Shown: positions 53,801-64,000 of the stretch, one piece after another | Numbering within the stretch: position 1 is the first letter of the stretch | How the letters are laid out: every line of letters begins with the position of its first letter | Assembly (NCBI GenBank): GCA_037379345.1 | Contig: CM074516.1 | Span: 46,165,626-46,229,625, forward strand | Length of the DNA: 64,000 nt | Direction: 5' to 3' | From: Perna viridis | Lineage: Eukaryota | Made by a program: the position numbers and the translations under genes | The notes under the pieces: model-generated | Database searches by the model: none | What the model was told of the DNA's origin: nothing | Seen by the model: only the letters and a program-made list of their open reading frames with translations

Positions 53801-56800
53801 TTGGTCTAAGAAGGTGTGACATTTCATTATTCCTAGCCCATGTTTTAAACACAACTATTTTATATCATGTGAGAAAGTTTGGTTGGTCCTATATTTTAAA
53901 CAGACAATAGTTTGATTTTAGACCATTAATCTAGATTTTGTGAAAACTTCATTGATAAAATTCCTTCAGGTTTGTGTAGGAGTTCCACTGAAAAGGAGAG
54001 GAGAGTTCATTCATATCCTAAATCATTTAACAAAATATTTCTGATTGGATAATCGTTTAAAAGCCTGTTGTACAAACACCGTAATACCTTTGTTATCGTA
54101 CAAATCCAGGACATATTTTTCTTAAAACTTTCAAAGGAATAATACACACTTGAGAGATGAATGAATTAAAGAGGAGTATGTGTAAGAAAAAAAAACATGT
54201 TTTATCATTGTGGTGCAAAGCTAAACAATCTCTGGACTGGATTCCTTATCATTCACAATAGTAGCAGGATTTAAGTAACTAAAACGATGAGTATATATAC
54301 GGTATAATTAGGTAGAGAGTCAGTCGTCAAGATTATCACAAAAATAGGATTGATGATATGAACAAATGATCCGATGAAACCTTTCTAAACCAAACCCTGA
54401 ACTGTCTATAAAAAAGACTTAACAAGAGTCATTTCTTATCAGTTTCAATGCACCTTGAATCTGTGTAAACCAAACATCCCCCAAAAAATCCTTCAGTCTA
54501 AAAGTATAGATATACTAAGAAAGGTTTGCTTGTATATGTAAAGTTAAGAATATATGAAGAATAATATTAATTAACACTGAAGTACTGCTACAGACCAGTT
54601 CTTTAATAACATTACTAAATATACCAACAACAAGTAACAAAGAATTGCAGATTGTCACCTGCCTTAATCACTTAGCTCATATTAGATACACATTGATATC
54701 GTTCTAAACCACCAACATTTCACTGTACATTCTCATATTACATACACACTTAATCACAATGAAGCTAATGAGAACCACAACATTAAAACTATAATGAAAA
54801 TATTTTCTGAAGAATAAAATGCAGATCAAAAGAACAAATCGGTAAGGTTCCAGTTTGGCGGAACCTTGATATAAACATGGGCAATTATCTTCACTTTAAC
54901 TTTATAATTAGAAAATTAATCTGTCCAAAGACGGTTAAAGTTGTTACTCTGACCTAATGAGATTATGTTTATAAAGAACAAAATCTATTCTTTAAGAGGT
55001 GTTTTGAGAAGGTATTATGTACTGGTAGGTAAGAAGGCTTTTTATATGGGTAAGCCAATAAATTAATCTATATCAGTACATCAAGTTTATTTTCTGTCAA
55101 CACTTTCTATTAGTAAAAGTAGGCCACAAAGAGGAATAACCCAATATATTATACCAATCACTGTAAACTGAAGAAATAACCCAAATTATTATACCCATCA
55201 CTGCTCATGTAAACTGAAGGATCTCACAATATTGTACACTAATAGTAGAGAAGTCTAAGAATGATAAAAATATAGTTAAGGATCTCATATACTATGGGCC
55301 TCCAAAAATTCTGCAAGATGGGAGAAAGGGATTTCCTGGACATGAAACTGAAATATATCACATTGTCAGAATGGAAGATGAGAAAGGTCAGCCCGAGCAG
55401 AATAATTTGGGATATGAACTACGTTGCTCTGAGAGCTTTTCATCTACCACACATTATGGAGAAGTAACAAGCAAAGAGAATATGGAATTTCTCAGTATCA
55501 TGTACAAGTAATGTACTCTTAACATGTTGAGTGTCAAGTATACAAAAACAGCACAATTTTAGTCCTTTCCAACAATGCTTCAAAGGTATACATAATTAAT
55601 TCTGTTCACTAGTTCTCCCCGTTGAAAAGTCAATTTATTAACCAGTCCTTTCCATTTGAGAAAGTTAGTACCTTTAAAACACATCACTTAACCTCCAAAC
55701 CCTCATTAACACAGAGCGAGTCACTAAAACTACAGCTATATATGCTGAGTAGGCAGTAATTTGCTGGTGAAAAATGGTCTATTTTCTCCAATTATTTTTA
55801 CCACAATTCAACTAAAGAGCTTGAAATTAAAACTTTGGTAATTCTTGTTTTAAATATATAAAACAGGAGAGGTCTATATTGTGATGTTTAGAACAATATC
55901 TGCTGATCAAACAGGACAGAATTCCCTCCATCAATAGATAGTGTACCTACAAACAATAACAAGCATATAAAGTTCTAAGGTCTTGATCTATACAGATCAT
56001 GTCATCCCAAATTTTGTTTCTCCAGTTACAATACAAATCCATTAAAGAAATCAAGGCCAAAATATAAACGCATGGTTGTAGTGGGATAATTTTATAAAAT
56101 TACCTTAAATATTAACTTACTATCAAATCTGATAAAATAACCTATAAACAATGTAAATGAAATATAAGTAGCCCTAAGGTCGCAATATTTAATCAAATAA
56201 TATAAAATTGAACACATGTTCTTAAATCTGAGTTCAATATTATTTCTAAACGGCTGACTTATATTTGCATGCAATATAAAATATTTCTGTAGATCAAATA
56301 AGTTGAGCTTTGTACTCAAAGTTATAAAACTAAGTAGTTGTCATAAGACTGAATTTCAGTCCATTGTAAATTCTATGAATAAAGTGAAACCATTTAATTT
56401 ATTAATTGGCATCAAGAACATAATCAACTATGAATTAACAATGTGGTCCATTTAGCAGCAATTATATAGATGTCTAATGTAGGTAAGATCCATTCAATGT
56501 TGATATGTTAATTCTACAACTAAAAATGTGAAAGGGCCAGATGTTCAAAGTCAAAGACTGATGGAAGACAAAACATCATACTTAATACAGAATTTATAGT
56601 GTAAATGTTTATAATCATTCAAGAAAAGAGATATCTAATTCAGTTCACAAACAGCAAAGTCATCCCAATTATCTATGGTTAATAAAAGTTAAAATGGTGA
56701 GACAGAGAAAATAAATACAAAAGGAATAAATACCATTACAGAGTCAGTTATCAGTAGTATTAAGATGACCAAACATGGACAAAGGTACAGGAGCAACAAC

Positions 56801-59800
56801 TTAGCACTACAGGTATGACTTTACTGGATGTTAAAATAGTAAGTGTATCATGGGATTGACAGCATAGTCACGATTCTAGGTAACCACAAAGTCTGATTGC
56901 AGTAAGCTGGAGATAGTAAAACTATACAAATCAGAGTGATTCAATTTATTAAGCCCAGTGGAACAAACCATCAACTATACATTAGGATGATGTGAAAAAT
57001 TCCACGGTCTTACAGCAACTGAACACATCCACCCACCATTGAAAAGCTGGGATTAGTCTGGAGTAGATTTTGATTAAGTTTGCAGAACTTCTAACAGATT
57101 GTCAGTTTATCCTTACATCTTTTTGATAAAGTCCAAACATTTATGGTGTGTAAGGACTGATGATTATTTTGTTGACATATTTGGTCATCACCTTTAATTC
57201 ATTGTAAATATTTATGTAAGATCATCCTTTGAACCCTTTACAACAGACAGGTTTTGGGATCATTTAGGATTTGTCTTCCTTTTAATAACTCTTTAAACTT
57301 ATGAATAAGAAGATAAAAATGATGTAATAATCCAAGATTCAGTAAGTACGAAATGTTTTAAGGTAAAAACTTGAAACTAAGGAAGAGCACATCAGGAACA
57401 ATTTGATACTGGTATATATATTGTACAAGCAAGGGTAAACTATGATGAAACTTGCTGCTGGCAAAATTATTTATTGGTTTTTGATGAGGTGAGAACAATA
57501 AGTTGAAACAAAAAATTAGGTAATCAAACGCACCCTATCCTGTTTGATACATAAAAAAGAAATGACATGCATTAACTAAATTTCAATTTACTTTTATCTG
57601 CTAATTTCATGGTTTTGTTGGCCTCAAGCTATATAAGTGTAGTTCATCTTTACCATTGAGTTAGAAAGCTAATTGGCAACTACAGTTCAACTAAACACAC
57701 CCAAAATACTAATTATAAGTACATACCATAAATTACTAGAACTTTTAGATTTTCCCAGTGTTTTAAGAAGTACAGCACCTGGTGCAGATCTACGTCGCTT
57801 TGTTGAAGATGTCCTCTTCTGAAATATAATAAGGAAAATAACAGCACAGAACAATATTGTATCTTCTCTGAACTACTGCTATGACTGTCTTGTCATGATT
57901 AAGCACTATTTACATGGGAAAGCAGGGAACAGACAGAAAGACACCACAAAAATCCACTGCTTAAAAAAAAAAAAAATGTCAAAAAAATTGCAACAAACAA
58001 ACTTAACTCATTCACTCGAATCATCAATATCTAACACATTTTAATTTTAATCCATACATGTACATCTAGTATTGAACCAACATGCTGCAACCGTTTCAAC
58101 TTTACCATCCTAGCTACACATCAATAATGACACAGTGATAACATATCCAAAACACACTACTGAATACAATTATTTTTTTATTCAAAATAAAAATGTGACC
58201 TTAATCCTTTCTTATCTCCCTTACACAACAGTTCTACAATTAAAATCGCCCATAGTCAAAATCAACACCTACCCACTAACAATTTAAACTTTTTTTTTAC
58301 AAAAATTTGTCAAAAAATCTGATTAACTTGAATCTGTTATCTTATATTTAGTAGATAATGACCATCTTACCTCCATTGTAAGAGAAAGATTCTTTATACT
58401 GAGGTAGACATTATGAACCAATGACCCGTTTACTTTTTACTTAGCCCTGAGATGTTTTGTTTAAAGAATCTCAAATAGTGATGAAATTGTGTAGGTCCCA
58501 TCTTAAGCATTCTTTTTCCATTGTGTGGGACAACAAAAAAGATTTGAACATTAGAAAGAAACCCAAATCTACTGTTTCCATTTATAGTTTTAGAAATGAA
58601 ATACAGTAACCAGTCTGGAATTTCAGTTTATGTTTTCAGTTGGAAGGAACAAAATATTCTTACATATTTGTAGGCTTATTGTTAAATATTCTATCATACA
58701 GAATGGTTTGAGAAATAAATATTGGTCAAAGTACAACATTACCGGTCATTACCGGTACATTAAATTGCTTCAGTTTAATGATGATGACTTTAAATACATT
58801 CAATGTTATTTTTATAAAACTATTCATGTGACTTCAATAGAATAAAATTTGGGATCATATTATACATCTGAATTGAACATTTGACATTGTTTTTTGCTGT
58901 CCAGGCTGAAATTGTGCTGAGATGATTATCTTTATTCTAAAATCTCATCAAGTTGAGCAGCCATATTTTCAGTATAAGATACAAGGTGTATTTCATTTTT
59001 CTAATTTTCAATATTCATCTCAATTTGCTTATACAAATGTCTTACAGGCTCATCTTTGCTCTTCAGTTTGCTAAGAACGTACAGTCATTCCCGGACTCTG
59101 TCCATCTACACCGACAGTGCTTCAATCTGACACTCATCCCCACTACAGTTACAGTGCTATGTGCTGACATTCAGTCCCTGACTCTCTGTACTGCTACACT
59201 GACAGAGCTTCATTCTGACAGTCAGTCCCTGACTCTCCATCCTTCTACACTGACAGTACTACTTGCTGACTCCATCCCTGTACACTGACAGAGCTTCATT
59301 CTCACAGTCAGTACCTGACTCTCTATCCCTCTACACTGACAGTGCTACTTGCTGACTCCCTCCCTGTACACTGACAGAGCTTCATTCTGACAGTCAGTCC
59401 CTGACTCTCCATCCCTCTACACTGACAGTGCTTCAATCTGACAATCAGTTTCTGATGGTCTGTCCCTCTGTACTGACAGTGCTTCACTCTGACAATCAAT
59501 TTCTGACTCTCCATCCCTCTACACTAACAGGGCTTCATTCTGACACTCAGTCCCTGACTGTCTGTCCCTCTGCACTGACCGTGCTACATGCTGACATTTA
59601 GTCCCTGATTCACGTCCGTCTACACTGACAGTGCTTCATTCTGACACTCAGTCACTGACTGTCTGTCTCGCTGCACTGACAGTACTACATGCTGACATTC
59701 AGTCCATGACTCTACGTCCCTCTACACTGAACTGACAGTGCCCTATAGGCTCCCAGGTTCTTACCTTAACTTGTGTATGATATAATCCTCTGTCTATAGC

Positions 59801-62800
59801 TACGTAAGTTTTATTAGTATCTGTCCACATAATAGTTAAACCCATACCAACCAACAAACACAGAGACATTAATGTAATGTTCAGAAACTATTGGAGTATT
59901 CCATCTAAATCTATCTTTGTCATCATACTGAAGAATTGCTGAACCACTATGATAAGCTGAAGCCCACACACAACAATGATATAACACATATCAAAGAATG
60001 TGACAAAAAACTGGCGTGCCTTCGTAAGAGATAAAATAGAATCAAAATTCTTCATTGATTAACTTGTAGCAAAGATATTCACACAATTAAAAGTTACAAT
60101 CATATAAATTCTAATACAGTAAGATATAAGTGAAATTCTTTATGCCTTCAAAAGAGGTATAAAAAGAATTCAAGCATCTGAGCACCAGTCAAGTAACTTG
60201 GAATGTCTTAGTAGAAAGTATATGTACAAAAATTCAAATACTTCAGGAGCTAATCAAAAACTGAAGTTACGAGTGAACGTTTTAATATTTTAATCTTGTC
60301 AGTGTAAAACCAACAAAGTAATGAAGGTTACAGATAACAGCCTATCTGAAGGAGACAATTTGTAGATTTGTCACTTGATGGTACTAGGTGTTGTTAGACA
60401 ATCTTAATGTCACTTGATGGTACTAGGTGTTGTTAGATCCTCCTAATGTCACTTGGTGGCAGTAGGTGTTGTTGGACAATCCTAATGTCACTTGATGGTA
60501 CTAGGTGTTGTTAGATCCTCCTAATGTCACTTGGTGGCAGTAGGTGTTGTTAGACAACCCTAATGTCACTTGATGGTACTAGGTGTTGTTAGATCCTCCT
60601 AATGTCACTTGATGGTACTAGGTGTTGTTAGATCCTCCTAATGTCACTTGATGGTACTAGGTGTTGTTAGACAATTCTTATGTCACTTGGTGATACTGCA
60701 TGTTCTTCGACCCTCCTAATGTCACTTGGAGGTACAAGGTGTTGTGAGACCCTCCTAATGTCACTTGGAGGTACATGTACTAGATGTTGTTAGACCCTCC
60801 TAATGTCACTCGGAGGTACGTGTACTAGGTGTTCTTAGACAATCCTAATTTTATAAACCTGTAATACAATCTTAACTTTGTAGCATCATCATGGACTGGT
60901 CTCACAACTTGAACAAAGAACAAGACCATCATAAAAAGTCCTTCTAAATTGTGGGGGACAAGTTCTGGTGCATCTAACATCTCACAACTTGAACAAGGAA
61001 CAAGACCATCATTAATAGTCCTTCTTACTTGTAGGGGACAAGGACTGGTACAACTAACATCTCACAACTTGAACAAGGAACAAAACCATCATTAACAGTC
61101 CTAGGACCGGTACATCTAACATGTCACAACTTGAACAAGAAACAATACCACCATTAATAGTCCTTCTTACTTGTGGGGGACAAGGACCGATGCATCTAAC
61201 ATCTCACAACTTGAACAAGGAACAAAGCCATCATTAATAGTCCTTCTTACTTGTGGGGGACAAGGACCGATGCATCTAACATCTCACAACTTGAACAAGG
61301 AACAAAGCCATCATTAACAGTCCTTCTTACTTGTGAGGGACAAGGACTGGTACAACTTGAACAGGAACAAAACTTTCATAAACAGCACAAGAAACAATGG
61401 CAGGTGTATCAAACCTAAAGCATAAACAACCCATCATATCAGCCATTGAAAGGTAGAGACACAAAATTATCAGTGTACTAGAGTGTTTTACTTTGCCTCT
61501 CGATGGAAAGGTGACTTCTAAAACCATCAGCAATAATATTTCTGTTATTCTTTTTGCAATAATATTTCTAGGCAGGTAATAGAGTTTAAAGTATTGTCCA
61601 TAAGAGGACAACTTATACTCACATCAAACAATAGAAAGAACTATATGACAGCAAGCTAGCTTATACAAAATTATGATTTATAGACTAAAAGTTTATTTTT
61701 ACTGAATGAACTTAAAAAAATGACAGTCAATCATAGCAACACCTTTAGAGTACATCCCAATACCACAAACATAAATATTAGCAAGTTGGCAATTATATGA
61801 GGCAGGTACAACCAATATTACTTGGACATGTACTTTTTTTATTCCATTCAGATGTGTGTTTGGGGGGGGGTAATGATTTGCTTCTTCAAGACAGTCTTAG
61901 ATCTCTAGATGTCAATTATAATCCTTTAATTCCAAATTACAGATAGCACTACTGTCTAAAGCTGTCTTAATGGTAGTACATTGGAACAAATATGCTTAGC
62001 CATACTGGTTGATGTGTAAAATAACAAAACAAAGAACTTGAGACTTCAAACATTGAATATACTGATCAGGACTAACAAGGAATCAAAGGGTGTATTCAGA
62101 GGCTATCACTGAAATACCAGGTTCTCAAATCATACTGAATGACCAAAATAAGCTAACATATATCTGACACTGTACTCTGTTAGTTTACAGAATAAGTCAT
62201 ATACAACAGAAACTTTGTGTAATAAGTTTATATACAGACAATCTAAATGTCATATTATCACATTATATTCCATTGTTATCCATCACACTCTTAGCCTTAA
62301 CAGTACCTTGTTTTGAAATCATTTCTTAATCACAAAAAATGTTCTAAAAATACATGGCTATAAATCATAATGAAGCCATGAAGAGCCATAACATCAATCA
62401 TGGAAGGTTTCACAGAAAGTGTAGACATTAGTTACAACTCACCTTTATACAATTACAGCCTTTGTTATGTCACTAAATTCATTCTTAATCCAGTAATTGA
62501 AACAATTTTCACTTCTTTCTGTTTACCAATGGTACAATTTGTCTTTGAATCTCACCAACATTACCAAATAAAACACAACAACCAATGAATATCCGATTGA
62601 CCTTTTGACAAGGTAGGCCGAGACAACAGTGTTTACAAAGGCACTATAATATTCAATATAATTTGAGCATTTAACGGTACATATTCAGTTTTGATGAATA
62701 TCTCTGTACTTCTTTAAATCCTAAGTAAGCACTCGATCATGAGGTTTTTGAAATATGATGTGACAGCTATGGCCTTCAATATTTAATTTCTCCTATCACA

Positions 62801-63984
62801 AAACATTCAAGAAAAATGTTTTATTAGATTGAATTATTTCTCCAAGATGAAGTTACAGATAATGGAGTCTGTCACCATTCAATACCAAATCCATTCTAAA
62901 TGAACTATACATCAAACTTATTGTAGATTATAAAAACTGCATTTCCTTGAGCCAAAATACACATATTAATCCATTTAATATGAAATCTTACAGATTAAAA
63001 TTGGTTGGTATTCCATGTAACCTTTAAACAAACGATTCTGAGACCATAAACAATTAGTTCAAGTGCCTCGTGGCGGCACTTTAATGGATTAAAATCAATT
63101 CTTTAATTTGAACAAATGAAAACTTAAATTGAAAGAATTATGGCAATATTATTCCGAAAAATTTCTGCTATTCAAAACGTTCGCTACTAAATGTATAGAA
63201 CAATGAAGAAAGTAGTCATTGAGAAAGAATTTACATTTTCTATAGGACTCAGGCCCCTAGTCATGTAGATATTATAATTGATATATGGTAGAAAGTGTCA
63301 ACATTTTATGACAATAGCAATATCTTGTAAATACAGGATTTCCATACAAAATATAGTTTAATTTTATGCTAACATTATGCTATAAAATGTTTTACATTAA
63401 ACATTACTTTCTTACCGACCAAAGCATATAACACAACTACACTCCAACAATAAATCATAATTCCTTTGTTTTATGAAGATTCTGAGAAATGATTGACTTT
63501 ACCTATCTTTGACCAAAACTATATCAAACACTGGGTATAAAACTAAGGACCAACCAAAGTGACCAGATATGTCCTATAGGGCTATAAATACAACACTCAA
63601 AGACTACCACATCAATCAGGATCAGTAAGATCAATACTATTAACTCAAACATCATTAAGATCTACTTTTGTTTTAACAATAGCATCAGTATTAGTTGCTT
63701 TGTTTGTAGCAACTCCTATAATCTTAGTCATTAAGAAACTATATTAATTAACAGTAATTCTAAATGACCTCTTTAAAGCATTTACTTTTTTAAATTATAA
63801 GTTTTTTCCCCAAACCCCTATTGACTGTCCCACCATTTTGGATTAACTTTCCGTTACCATGGAAACCTACCTGTTGCTTTTCGTCATTGAGCTGTAAGTC
63901 ATCGTTAGGAAACCGTAACTGAATGCTATCCATCTTTGTTTGGTTTTCAGTGGTCCCCAGTTCATCCTCATGTTCTTTTACCAT
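29952..63984 (-). CDS. ARHGAP20: Rho GTPase-activating protein 20-like (PH + RA + RhoGAP + long disordered tail), about 1530 aa
   Basis: Exons in transcript order: 63871-63984 (or an alternative first exon), 57727-57818 (KRRRSAPG), 52704-52815, 51046-51110 (QDRYMFLFNDLLLVAK, PH), 49897-50088 (SFVMGWP..LKQQWLSKLQ), 46632-46707, 45628-45705, 43388-43457 (KDYQLWV..PYPLIG, RA), 40072-40245 (HELPYSIKMSQLRD), 36124-36287 (LFGKPL), 35645-35916 (GPYTKGILRKSAN, arginine finger), 33026-33354 (NMMTSYNLAVCITPSILW), 29952-32815. All phases agree. Confidence 0.88.
33395..33752 (-). mobile_element. Same foldback element family, copy 2 (inverted)
   Basis: tagatagcagtgtttt..atgttcccagtg, ccgccaaaacatcacaactttgata, aattcatgttgaaaata and ccaattaattatccta match the reverse complement of 338-720. 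Confidence 0.7.
36390..36456 (-). CDS. Candidate alternative first exon giving a GAP-only isoform (MRSKHIRIRKIKSLDDLDFVRY)
   Basis: ATG, 22 open codons, then T|gtaagt in phase 1, matching the acceptor at 36287. Confidence 0.5.
47179..47288 (-). CDS. Candidate alternative first exon giving a PH-less isoform (MCYYYSQTKGLG..)
   Basis: ATG, 36 open codons, then AT|gtaagt in phase 2, matching the acceptor at 46707. Confidence 0.35.
48233..48385. repeat. ~78-bp direct duplication
   Basis: ttaaactagaga..cattcacaatgcagtaaaggttta..gacttcccctgac..tctact twice. Confidence 0.9.
51105..51248 (-). repeat. Triplicated 47-49-bp unit containing a 3' splice site + exon start
   Basis: On the minus strand, three copies of tatttagaaagaattttaat..ttcc(T)n gcag|GGTTTA with T7/T8/T9 tracts. 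Confidence 0.92.
59085..59742. repeat. ~51-bp diverged tandem repeat
   Basis: Unit ~TACACTGACAGTGCTTCATTCTGACAGTCAGTCCCTGACTCTCCATCCCTC, about 13 copies with truncated variants. Confidence 0.9.
59765..59830 (-). CDS. Candidate alternative first coding exon of the RhoGAP gene (MWTDTNKTYVAIDRGLYHTQVK)
   Basis: ATG followed by 22 open codons ending AAG|gtaaga in phase 0, matching the phase-0 acceptor at 57818. Confidence 0.5.
60370..60850. repeat. 38-39-bp tandem repeat (~12 copies)
   Basis: Unit TGTCACTTGATGGTACTAGGTGTTGTTAGATCCTCCTAA. Confidence 0.95.
60900..61365. repeat. ~80-bp tandem repeat (~6 copies)
   Basis: Unit TCTCACAACTTGAACAAGGAACAAGACCATCATTAATAGTCCTTCTTACTTGTGGGGGACAAGGACCGATGCATCTAACA. 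Confidence 0.92.
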
Positions 63985-64000
63985 CTAAAAACAGAATTTA

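Noticed and set aside
60370-60850. Similarity of this 39-bp repeat to the SPAG17 39-bp donor repeat (actagg, tgtcac)
   Set aside because: Only two short words are shared, with different spacing; consistent with chance.

Overview
AT-rich eukaryotic (metazoan) genomic DNA, probably a bivalve mollusc judging from the repeat families (inference). It holds three intron-containing genes whose exon chains I rebuilt by hand with consistent GT-AG sites and phases: (1) the 3' part of a SPAG17/PF6-like central-pair axonemal gene (+, <1-15855, 22-23 exons); (2) a 4-exon, 407-aa TMEM135-family membrane protein (+, 24301-26659) whose two halves are in the opposite order to vertebrate TMEM135; (3) an ARHGAP20-like PH-RA-RhoGAP gene (-, 29952 to ~63984) with several candidate alternative first exons. 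Between genes 1 and 2, a 34-bp satellite array is broken by a 5'-truncated Penelope-like RT element, an L2/CR1 RT fragment and an RTE endonuclease fragment. The most unusual pattern is repeated tandem amplification of exon/intron junctions: arrays made of an exon edge plus its splice donor or acceptor (9677-9965, 12870-13512, 51105-51248). Two older, still-open versions may have produced new protein termini (14943-15218, 43458-43607).
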